A stretch of DNA of 64,000 bases, from contig MU008160.1 in NCBI GenBank assembly GCA_010909165.1, positions 930,001 to 994,000 on the forward strand, written 5' to 3'. The translations under genes were made by a program, and so were the position numbers. Positions 1 to 9,948 of this stretch are shown here, piece by piece. The notes beneath the pieces were generated by a model, which searched no databases, was not told the origin of the DNA, and saw nothing but the letters and a program-made list of their open reading frames with translations. Within the stretch, counting starts at the first letter, position 1. Every line of letters begins with the position of its first letter. This stretch comes from Anthoceros angustus (Eukaryota > Plantae > Anthocerotophyta).

Positions 1-1832
1 GGGTGTTGGGTAGTTCATTTTCATTCGCTGCAAGCACAAGGACCACATCTGGTAGCACTCCTTTCTTTGGCGATGCAGGGCAGCCGATTACAGCAGGAAT
101 ACCCACTGACATGAAGGACAGCCAACCTGTTATCAGGTTTGTGTTAGTGCTCGCACAAGTTGTGGAAACTGTTTGACAGAAAAACTGCTGCTAAGCTTTG
201 TTATATCGAGGACCTGTTCAGGGCCATGCTGTTGTCTGCTTTGGAGTTTTATTGTTGTTTCGGAGCCCTAACCTTCTTGTTTACTTTTGCAGTAGTGTAG
301 GATCATCAACTGCAGTTACTGTTTCTGTGTCAGCTGTGCCTAAACTGGAGACGGGAGAAGTAAAGACCAGTATGCCCTCCGTGAGTACGTCAGCAGGAGC
401 AGCATCATCAGCAGTACTTCCTTCGAGTACGACATTGAGCAGCTTTCCTGTGGCTGCTGGCACATCACCTTTCTTTGGAGGCACCCCATCAGCTGGTATG
501 TTTGGAGCTCAGAATGCTAGCTCTGGCAGTTCTGGCCTGGGATCTTCGGGTTTTGATGCTAGCACCTCAGTATTTGGGTCAGCAGCTACTTATACACCAA
601 GCTCTCACGCTATTAAGAAGGATATGGTAACTGCAGCACCATCTACGGCGTCAGCTTTTGCTACTGCTTTTGAAGGGGCTTCCTCATCTCTGGCACCAAA
701 CTCCGTCTTTGGTGAGAGTTCATCCAAAACACAAGCACCATTTACTTTTGGGTCATCTGCAGCGGGATCATCAGCAAGCTTATACTCATTCGCAAGCAAA
801 GCTACAGCTACTAGTACTGGCTTTCCTTCTACTGTTAAGTCTCCAGAGGCAACAGGGACGAGTTCACAGCCTACCTTTGGAATGGCCAATCCGAGCCCAG
901 CACTTGTGGCCAGTTCCGTGAATGGAGTTTTGCCGACTGATACAGGTGGTGAGCATACTAGCATGGAAGAGATGGCTGAAGAACCGTCTATCCCAGTATC
1001 TGGTCAAGTATCCATTTTTCAGCATCCTTCAACACCATCCTCCGGTTTTATGTTTGGCCAGCAGGGTACATCTTCGGTGCAGTCGCCTCTGTTCGGGCAG
1101 CCACCTGCTCCCACAGTTCAAGCTCCTCAGTTTGGATCGGCAGCATCCTCAGGACAAGCTTCTCTCTTCAGGTCATCGTCAGTGTCTGCAGGACAAGCTC
1201 CTGTGTTTGGGCAAGCAGCAGGTTCCACAGGACAAGCTCCTGTGTTTGGGCAAGCATCAGCTTCCGCTGGACAACCTCCAGTTTTTGGGCAAACATCAGC
1301 TTCCACTGGACAAACTCCAGTTTTTGGGCAACCATCAGCTTCCACTGGACAAACTCCTGTGTTTGGGCAGCCAACCGCAGCTACGGGGCAAGCTCCATTT
1401 GGCCAGCCTACTGCTCTCACGGGACAAACTCCTTTTGGCCAGGCTACTGTTCCTACTGGACAAACTCTGTTTGGCCAGGCTACTGCTCCCACTGGACAAA
1501 CTCTGTTTGGCCAGGCTACTGCTCCCATTGGGCAAACTCCGTTTGGCAGTGCTCCTCCAGTGCAGCCCCCTGTATTTGGCCTGCCAAATGCTCCTTCAGG
1601 TCAACCTCCTTTATTTGGTCAGCCCAGTACTTCATTATTTAGCCAGCCAAGTGCTCCTAGCGGACAGTCAGAAGTCTTCTCTTTCTCAGCCCAGTCTAGT
1701 TCCTTTGAAGCAGGGGCACAAAATCCTTTTTCAGCTGGTTTCTCAATGGGAGCCGGTGGCCCTGACCAGAGGCAGGGTCGCAAGTTCGTTAAGGCTAATA
1801 AGAGGATAGGTGGTCAGAGGAGAGGGAGGTGA
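1..1832 (+). CDS. 3' part of an FG-repeat nucleoporin (NUP1/NUP136-like); exons <1-136 and 293-1832
   Basis: GT-AG intron 137-292 joins the exons in frame (phase 2). S/T/A-rich protein with many FG/FxFG motifs, GQxPxFGQ repeats and a basic C-terminus RKFVKANKRIGGQRRGR, as in basket nucleoporins. Confidence 0.72.
1190..1560 (+). repeat. Coding tandem repeat, 39/36-bp units (GQAPVFGQxxxST / GQTLFGQATAPT)
   Basis: Repeated ggacaa(g/a)ctcc...tttgg(g/c)ca units visible in both DNA and protein. Confidence 0.85.
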
Positions 1833-3194
1833 CATCACTGTTTGCTTGCTTAGCCTCTAGGTGTCCTTATTGGCACGTAACTTGCAAGCAGTGCTGTTCA
1901 GTGACTTGCGGATCCATTAGGTCTTGGAGGTTGAGCTGTATGAGGTGCATTGCCTTGCATTAGATGGCTCAGGTTAAGTGGAAGTCGCTGCTCCTTGAAG
2001 GCATTCCTCAGGGTTTGTGTCCTCTGTATACTGTCCCTGCAAATGCTTGAGATGCTCCGGGTGAAGATTATGCTCATGCCCATGCCTATTCATGATCAAC
2101 CAGACCAAGGACAATGCTGGCAGCATTCCTGAGACAATCTGGACTGCAACGACGTGAGCTTTTGATTCAGCCCACCTAAATTGGTATCAGGGACATGCAC
2201 TGCCCAGGGATTCGGCAAGGCAGTAGATGGGCTGGCGGCATATCTGTTGCCGGTAGTAGGAACACCGTACTCGGCCTGTTGTGGCATGTCATGAGCTGCT
2301 TCTCAGGTAAGGCAATCTCATCCTCGTTTGCCTTCGTGAGCCAAGCAACTTCTGTCTGTCGTGGCCTGTGCTTTCTGAGCTTTCTGGTTGACACATCTCA
2401 CGGAATTTAGACCTGCTTGTTTCCAAGTGTCTGGAAGTCCGCATATGTACTCACATTGTCAAAGTCTCGTACTTGATCAGATTCATGTGTTTCCTCATCA
2501 CCGACCAGCTGTGAAAGCACATGGTCTTTTGCGCAGTCTTATTTCGTGTCTGTCTCGTTGTGGCTACACTCTTTCATTGTCTCCATCCACGCAAGCCCGT
2601 CCCGGGGTGTGGATCATGAGATTTCTCAGTGGTATGAAGCAGTGGTGTACTGAGTGTGGTCACGAAGCGGAATTGCTTCGACTTTGTATTGGGACATCTG
2701 TCGACCTGGTTTTAAGCTTATAAGCAATTGAGATTTTTGGATACACATTTGTGAACGAGTGAAGAGCGTGAATATGGAATTTGTGTGTGTGCAGATTACT
2801 TTGTAAATCGTTCGAACTATGTATCGCTCTATCTCAGCGATTAATTTTGTTCTTTTGTTCGCTCGGTGGAATTGTTCTTGAGGACAGTCGTGATGGATTT
2901 GTCAGCTTTCGTTTTGTTTCGCGAGTTTGAAGACAATTGTCCCCATAAAGCCTGGCCTAATGATCCTGGTACAAGCCTAGGATGCCCCACAGCTTAAACT
3001 GAACTGAACTAAACTAAACTAGGCACTGGCCTGAACTTGGATGTCCCAGACGATGGGCTGCTGTGGGTCAGAACAACCCAACCGTCACAAGACGGAATTC
3101 TAGCAAACTATGCTGGGCTTTGCAACCAGGATGTAGCAGCTATGCTATGCAGCTAGACCCTGAATGGAGATAGTTGCCGTCCATTCTTGCAGGG

Positions 3195-3390
3195 AAAATA
3201 GGCTGAGCTTGGCAATCAAGGCATCTCTGGGGACGGAGATAAGGCTGAGGTTTGCAACCAAAGTATCTCTGGGGAGGGAGATTAGGCTGAGCTTTGCAAC
3301 CAAGACATCTCTGGGGGCGGGGAGGTGCAGGGGAGGGGAAATGGAGGGGGTGATAAAGCTGAGCTTTGCAACCAAGGCATCTGTGGGGAG
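3195..3390. repeat. Degenerate ~39-bp minisatellite
   Basis: Four copies of (a/g)gctgag(c/g)tt(t/g)gcaa(c/t)caa..(c/t)atct.tgggg. Confidence 0.7.
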
Positions 3391-3429
3391 GGACTGTGGT
3401 AGAGATTATAGCATTGGATCGCGAGTGGT

Positions 3430-4010
3430 TTAGACCTGGGCAGCAAGGTAGTTCAGCTTCTTCGTTCAAGATCTGCTGCACCCGCTTAGTAGAAGGCCTC
3501 AAGCTGGGATCCGGGTGGGTGCACAGCAAGCCCACATGTAGCACACAGGTTAGCTGCCTAGCATCGAACTGTACGTTCAGAGCTGGATCTGCCACATCCA
3601 GGGGTGTGCCATATTATTGCCACACCCACTCCAGTAGCTGAACTTCCTGGTTGCGGATCAGGGGCCTCCTGCCGCACGCCACCTCCAGCAAAAAACCTCC
3701 AAATCTGCACACATCCGACTTGACCGTGGCTTTTCCAGATGGGGAAAATTCCGGCGCCATGTACCTTGATCCCAGCTAACCCTGTGAGGGTGGGGCCAGA
3801 GCTGATCGACTCCTCCACCAAGTGGGAGAGGGAGGGGCCGAAATCTCCAAACCAGGCTTCCATTTTTGAATCCAGCGGCACGTTGCCCGGCTTGATACCC
3901 CAGTCCAGGACGCATTTCTGCCACTCCGGGTGGACGCAAACCAAAGCCGCTGCTACCCCTCAGACAACACGAAATCTCCCGAACATTATCCAGGACATTC
4001 TTCCCGGAAG
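3430..4010 (-). pseudogene. Receptor-like kinase (LecRK-like) kinase-domain fragment, frameshifted
   Basis: Across frames: VHPEWQKCVL..GIKPGNV.LD..MEA.FGDFG, YMAPEF..GKATVKSDV..FG..LLEVACGRRP and GLLCTHPDPSLRPS. Confidence 0.8.
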
Positions 4011-4405
4011 ATCCTGCAGATGTGCAACAGCCACACGCAAACCTCTGGTAGTTGCTCTTGGCTGTGGCCACATCCAGGGGTGTGCCAGCTTATTGCTCTT
4101 GGCTGCGGCCCTCTACATGTAGTGTAGCCTAGGTCTTTCAGAGATCATTGCCTGTCAAAGACTGATATCCCAATCACCTCATTCGGCTTGCTTGCTAATA
4201 GGCCCGCGGCCGCACAACTTCATCCGCCTGTTTGATCGTCAGTCTCCTGGCTGTTGCACGAAACCAGTTTATTTTGTTTCATTTCAGTTTCGGTGCCCTT
4301 GCCATCGGCAAAGCGTCTGCACAGCGGGTACCTAGGCATAGTATCGTAGATGATGCATAGTACCTAGGTATGCTGCGTAGTTTGTTGTGAGTCTCATCTT
4401 CCAAT

Positions 4406-7400
4406 ATGGCCACAGTATGGCACCCGGATCCGTTATGGGCGCAACAAATTGGTGGGTGTACAGGGATTTTAGGAGGGGCTCCCGCTCACCTCACCGGAGG
4501 AAGTGAACAGCTGCCAAACAACCAAGCCTCCAGGTGCAGTAGTTTAAGGAATCTAGCACTTTCGAGAAGGTGGATGACTGGAAAAGGATTTTCCAGCGAT
4601 GGTGGTGCCCAGGGCCAGGAGCTTTTGTGGCGGCGATTGTTTCTGGAACCTGCCATGTGGTGGGATAACAGGCGAGGAAGGAAGAGCTCTCGTACTCCTC
4701 ACTTTCGGCGTAAGGGGTCCGGCGAGGTCCTCTGGTTAGACAACATGGAGAAGCCAGCTTGGGTGGATGAGCAGCTTGTTTCTTTGGACATGCAGATGGG
4801 TCATGGTGCCTCTGCTTCGCAATCGAGCTTTTCGGACAATCCTGAGCCTGGCAGGCGTGCAGGATCCAAAATGTTGAGCACGTTATGTCAGCAGGGGAGG
4901 CTCATCGAGGCCGTGGGAGCCCTGGAATCTCTGGTGCAGACAGATTTCCCTGTCTCTCCTTCACTCTTTTATAATGTGATCAAACTGTGTGCAGTTAAGA
5001 AGGACATGGTTGTGGGGCGACGAGTTCATAATCTCACTGTGAAACTTGGGTACGAGTCAAATACGTACTTGGGGAACCATATCGTGCGCATGTATGCCTG
5101 TGGAGATAGGCTGCAGGAGGCTATGGATGTGTTCACCAAGGTGGGGAAACCAGATGCCTTCATGTGGTTTTCCATAATCTCGGCACATGCTAAACATGGG
5201 AAGCCTAATGAGGCCATACAACTATACCATGAGATGCGTGGCTCAGGTGTGAAAGTAAACGCTCATGTCTTTGTAGCAGCCCTTCAAGCATGTGCATTTG
5301 CTGCGGACTTGGAATCTGGCAGACATGTGCACTATGATGTGCTTCATAGTGGCCTTCCTCCTAACGTGTTTGTTGGCAATTGCCTGGTGGACATGTATGC
5401 TAAATGTGGCGAACTGGAAGACGCGCGCAGGGTTTTTGACCGCATGGCCACAAAGGATGTGGTGACATGGACGTCCCTGATAGCTGGGTATGCAAAGCAT
5501 GGGCTCGGTCAAGAGGCGCTTCTTCTGTATGAACAAATGGAGCAGGAGGGCCTGATTGTGGCTAACCATGTCACTTTTGCTTGCCTCTTGAGGGCCTGTG
5601 CAAGCGCTGGGGCTTTGCAGAAGGGCAGGCAGCTGCACTTGCAGATTGTGGACAGAGGACAGCTTAATAACATACTGGTGGGTAACAGTCTGGTGGACAT
5701 GTATGCAAAATGCGGTGAATTGGGAGATGCACGCAGGGTTTTTGATAGTTTGGCCAGAAAGGATGTGGTGACATGGACGGCCCTGATAGCTGGGTATGCA
5801 AATCATGGGCTCGGGCAAGAGGCGCTTGCTCTGTATGGACGTATGGAGCAGGAGGGCTTGATTGTGGCTGACCATGTTACTTTTGCTTGTCTTCTGAAGG
5901 CCTGTGCAAGCTTAGGTGCCTTACAGAAGGGCAGGCAGCTGCACTCACACATTGTGGAAAGAGGACAACTCGGTAACGTATTGGTGGGCAACACCCTGGT
6001 GGACATGTATGCAAAATGTGGAGAACTGAAAGAGGCACGCAGGGTTTTTGACAACATGCCAACAAAAAATGTGGTAACATGGACGTCCCTGATTGCCGGG
6101 TATGCGCAGCAAGGGCTTGCACAAGAGGCCCTTGTGCTGTATGGACTAATGGAGCACGAAGGCCTGATTGTGGGTGACGAGGTTACTTTTGCTTGCCTTC
6201 TGAAGGCCTGCGCAAGTGCTGGTGCCTTGCAGAAAGGCAGGCAGCTGCACTCACAGATCGTTGAAAGAGGACAGCTAGATAACATAGTGCTGGCCAACTG
6301 CCTGGTGGACATGTATGGAAAATGTGGTGAACTGAAAACTGCGCGCCATGTTTTTGACAGCTTGACTACGAAAAATGTGGTGACGTGGAATGCCCTGATC
6401 GCAGGATATGCAAATCATGGGCTCGCTCAAGAGGCGCTTGTTCTGCATGAACAAATGGAGCATGGGGGCCTGATTGTTGCTGATCATGTTACTTTTACTT
6501 GCCTTCTGAAGGCCTGTGCAAGTGCTGGTGCCTTACAGAAGGGCAGGGAGCTGCACTCACAGATTGTGGAAAGGGGTCAGCTAGATAACCTGGTGGTGGG
6601 CAACTGCCTTGTAGACATGTATGCAAAATGTGGTGAATTGGAGGATGCTCGCAGGGTCTTTGAGAGCTTGGCCACAAAGGACGTGGTGACATGGACGGCC
6701 CTCATTGCTGGGTATTCACAGCAAGGGCTCGGGCAAGAGGCGCTTGCCCTGTATGGACAAATGGAACAAGAGGGTCTGATTGTGGCTGACCATGTTACTT
6801 TTGCTTGCCTTCTGCAGGCCTGTGCAAGTGCTGGTGCCTTACAGAAGGGCAGGCAGTTGCACTCACAGATTGTGGAAAGAGGACAGCTAGATAACAAACA
6901 TATGGGTGCTTGCCTAGTGGACATGTATGCAAAGTGCGGCGAGCTAGGAGATGCACGCAGGGTTTTTGACAGCTTGGTTGTGAAGGATGTGGTGACATGG
7001 ACGGCTCTGATTGGCGGGTTCGGTGCTTGTGATGAAGGTCGCAATGCACTAGCTTGTTTTGAGGAGATGTTAGTCGCTGGTATTCAGCCTGATGATGCCA
7101 CTTTTACTTGTGTTTTAGTAGCATGCAGTCATGAGGGACTGGTGAATGAGGGTCGCCAGCACTTTGATTCCATGGTTGAACGACATGGCATCAGACCCAG
7201 TGTTGAGCATTACAATTGCATGATTGATCTCCTTGGGCGTGCAGGCCACTTGGATGAGGCTGAGAACATGCTATTATCGTGTAAGAGCCAAAGCAATGCT
7301 GTGGGGTTGACATCTTTGCTGAATGCCTGCAAAACTCACGGGGACATTGAGAGGGCGACGAGGTGTTTTGAAAGTCTCGTTCGCCTGGAGCCTCAGAGTG

Positions 7401-7903
7401 CATCCGCATATGTGCTCATGGCCAATGCCTATGCAGATGCAGGGAGATGGACCGATGTAGACAGGGTCGAGACACAGAGGATGGTAGCAGGAGCTAACAA
7501 GAAACCTGCTGTGGCGGGCATTGAGGTGAATAAGCAGGTACATACATTTCTGGTCGGACAAAGAAGAGATGATCTTGCGCTCAAGGTAGAGAGCACGAAT
7601 GCACGACTGAAGCAGGAAGGGGGCCATGTACCACAGACAAAGTTGGTGTTGAAGCCACTGTCTGAGAAGGAAAAGGAAGATTCGCTTTGTGGGCATGCTG
7701 AGAAGCTAGCTCTGGCCTTTGGTCTCTTGAACACTCCTAGTGGCACACCTCTGGTGGTAACCAAGAATCTGCGCATGTGCAGTGACTGCCACAGTTCCAC
7801 GGAGATCATGTCAAGGGTTGAAAGTAGAGACATTGTTGTAAGGGACGGGTACCGTGTGCATCGATTCGCAGATGGTTGTTGCAGCTGTAAGGGCCGACCG
7901 TGA
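4406..7903 (+). CDS. Intronless PLS-class PPR protein with E1-E2-DYW:KP (GRP-type) deaminase domain and an N-terminal OSB-like PDF motif; organellar RNA editing factor, candidate U-to-C
   Basis: Intact 1165-aa ORF with regular P-L-S triplets, P2-L2-S2-E1-E2, KPAVAGIEV in place of PGxSWIE, HAEKLA, CSDCH and C-terminal CCSCKGRP. Confidence 0.95.
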   Translation: MATVWHPDPLWAQQIGGCTGILGGAPAHLTGGSEQLPNNQASRCSSLRNLALSRRWMTGKGFSSDGGAQGQELLWRRLFLEPAMWWDNRRGRKSSRTPHFRRKGSGEVLWLDNMEKPAWVDEQLVSLDMQMGHGASASQSSFSDNPEPGRRAGSKMLSTLCQQGRLIEAVGALESLVQTDFPVSPSLFYNVIKLCAVKKDMVVGRRVHNLTVKLGYESNTYLGNHIVRMYACGDRLQEAMDVFTKVGKPDAFMWFSIISAHAKHGKPNEAIQLYHEMRGSGVKVNAHVFVAALQACAFAADLESGRHVHYDVLHSGLPPNVFVGNCLVDMYAKCGELEDARRVFDRMATKDVVTWTSLIAGYAKHGLGQEALLLYEQMEQEGLIVANHVTFACLLRACASAGALQKGRQLHLQIVDRGQLNNILVGNSLVDMYAKCGELGDARRVFDSLARKDVVTWTALIAGYANHGLGQEALALYGRMEQEGLIVADHVTFACLLKACASLGALQKGRQLHSHIVERGQLGNVLVGNTLVDMYAKCGELKEARRVFDNMPTKNVVTWTSLIAGYAQQGLAQEALVLYGLMEHEGLIVGDEVTFACLLKACASAGALQKGRQLHSQIVERGQLDNIVLANCLVDMYGKCGELKTARHVFDSLTTKNVVTWNALIAGYANHGLAQEALVLHEQMEHGGLIVADHVTFTCLLKACASAGALQKGRELHSQIVERGQLDNLVVGNCLVDMYAKCGELEDARRVFESLATKDVVTWTALIAGYSQQGLGQEALALYGQMEQEGLIVADHVTFACLLQACASAGALQKGRQLHSQIVERGQLDNKHMGACLVDMYAKCGELGDARRVFDSLVVKDVVTWTALIGGFGACDEGRNALACFEEMLVAGIQPDDATFTCVLVACSHEGLVNEGRQHFDSMVERHGIRPSVEHYNCMIDLLGRAGHLDEAENMLLSCKSQSNAVGLTSLLNACKTHGDIERATRCFESLVRLEPQSASAYVLMANAYADAGRWTDVDRVETQRMVAGANKKPAVAGIEVNKQVHTFLVGQRRDDLALKVESTNARLKQEGGHVPQTKLVLKPLSEKEKEDSLCGHAEKLALAFGLLNTPSGTPLVVTKNLRMCSDCHSSTEIMSRVESRDIVVRDGYRVHRFADGCCSCKGRP
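5363..7000 (+). repeat. 306-bp coding tandem repeat (S-P-L triplet, 102 aa)
   Basis: Unit starts at 5363, 5669, 5975, 6281, 6587 and 6893; units are highly similar at DNA level. Confidence 0.9.
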
Positions 7904-8802
7904 GAATAAAGAAGAGGTCGGCAGGTAAAACGTTGCGAGTGGGAGTAGGGGACTACTCAGTTGCAAGTGGGAGTAGGGGACGAATCAGTTGTGGGTTCAT
8001 GTAGGAGCTGAGCGCTGTGAGACATGTGCCGGTCCGTTGTAGTGTTCACGACACTACAAGCGGTAGTCTTTGGGCTGGAGAGGATTTGGGTGTATGTATA
8101 GACGAGCGTAACCTAGCCATTCACGGTTTTCGGTGTTCCTAGAGAGGGAAAGGCTGTTCCTACGCACCGTGATGGGGAGGCAAAGTCCTTCTGACTTTCT
8201 TTTCGTACATATTGAGGAAATGCCCTTATCAAAATCGCACCTTAGAGGACACTTGTTTGTCAAGACTTTTTGCCGGCGGACCCATTTACTGTGCTTTGTA
8301 CACAAAGTACATATATAGGTAGGTATTATCATATGTGCAGAGAGCATATAGCAATTGATGGGTTGTATATGATTGCTATATTATAGAATGTTTACTTTGA
8401 AATGCAACCATGCAAGCTGTAATACCTACCATATATACAAGAGATCATAATTACCCAAATGACGTACATCTTTCATTAAATCTCTCCGGACTTAGATGAA
8501 ATGTCTAGAGGGATTAGATGACCCTGATATTATAGCTTAGACACACCATGATACTTAAGAACCAAGTCCATGATAGGAAAATTTCATGCAAGTGCACTAT
8601 AATACACCACTGATACTATAGCTTAGACACACCATGGTATAAGTTGTTAAGAACCATATCCATGATAGGAAAAATTCATGCAAGCGCACTATAATATACC
8701 ACTTCTTCGACTTATGCCCATGACTCTGTAATTTGATATAACTGCTGTTGATGCTGCCTTGCGGCCTCAGCGGCTGCAGGGGCGAAGCGGTGGCGGCGGC
8801 AG

Positions 8803-9092
8803 GAAGAAGAAGAAGAAGAAGAAGAAGAAGAAGAAGAAGAAGAAGAAGAAGAAGAAGAAGAATTTTACTTAACAGGCATGCGCGTGATATGAAGAAGAAG
8901 AAGAAGAAGAAGAAGAAGAAGAAGAAGAAGAAGAAGAAGAAGAAGAAGAAGAATTTTACTTAAGCGCGTGATATGAAGAAGAAGAAGAAGAAGAATTTTA
9001 CTTAACAGGCATGCGTGTGATATGAAGAAGAATGAAGAAGAAGAATTTTACTTAACAGGCATGCGCGTAATATGAAGAAGAAGAAGAAGAAG
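8803..9092 (+). repeat. Compound (GAA)n microsatellite with repeated ttttacttaacaggcatgcgcgtgatat linkers
   Basis: Directly visible. Confidence 0.95.
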
Positions 9093-9350
9093 AATTTTAC
9101 TTAAGTTTACTAAGGACAGATTTCCTTCATGGGACTTGGTACTTAACAACTTGTACCATGGTATGCTTAAGCTAGGAACCCCATCTAAGTACCGATCCAA
9201 GCGTAGGATACTTAATAACGACGTTCTCTTAACAACTTATACTATGGTATTGCCTAAGCTAGGCACCCCATCTCAGTACCGATCCAAGCGCAGGATGCTT
9301 AATAACGACGTTCTCATAAATGTGTGTCCATTTAGCCTAAGCCATTTGGA
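9093..9350 (-). mobile_element. Short interspersed repeat with (TTC)n tail (SINE-like or truncated LINE 3' end), copy 1
   Basis: Homologous to 9513-9700, 14265-14460 and 40248-40455; partial opposite-orientation copies at 8530-8700. Confidence 0.6.
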
Positions 9351-9512
9351 CTGGCCATCCAATAACCACATTAGGCTGTCCTCCGTGATGACGTGGAGTT
9401 ATAGGCCGTACCCGTAGCATTAATGAAGAAGAAGTAAAAGAATTTGGCTGTCCTCCCTGATGACGTGGAGTTATAGGCCGTACCCGTAGCATTAATGAAG
9501 AAGAAGTAAAAG

Positions 9513-9700
9513 AATTTTATTGAAGTCCACTAAGAACGGATTTCCGCCATGGGACTTTTGGTACTTAACAACTTATACCATGGTATGCCTAAGCTATTTG
9601 CACCAAGGGCATCCATTCCCTTTAGGCATTCCCTCTAGAACGCTTAATAAGCACGTTGTTATAAATGTGTGTCCATTTGGCCTAAGCCGTATGGACACAT
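9513..9700 (-). mobile_element. Same short repeat family, copy 2
   Basis: Shares catgggactt..ggtacttaacaactt.taccatggtatgc.taagcta and ataaatgtgtgtccattt.gcctaagcc. Confidence 0.6.
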
Positions 9701-9948
9701 TTATGGCTGTCGGGTATGGATGGGAAAGCAACGAACTCCAGCAAACGATCTTCGGTTGTATTTGGCATTGGCAAACCAAGTCCAGCAAACGAATCTTTGG
9801 GTGCATTTGACATTGGTAAACCAAGTCCACTCGGTTGGCAAGTGTAGTGTAGCGGCTATCCATGCCCAGAACTTAGGCATCCTGCCCCTGCCCGCACATT
9901 TCGCACCCTTCTTGTGCGTCTCATCTTCAGAGAGCGGGTGCCTGTAAG

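Noticed and set aside
198-292. ORF start at 198 for the nucleoporin
   Set aside because: It lies inside the GT-AG intron 137-292.
5026-7833. Antisense ORFs over the PPR gene
   Set aside because: Shadow frames of a repetitive coding sequence.
8748-8963. Poly-Arg/poly-Lys ORF
   Set aside because: It is a translation of the (GAA)n microsatellite.
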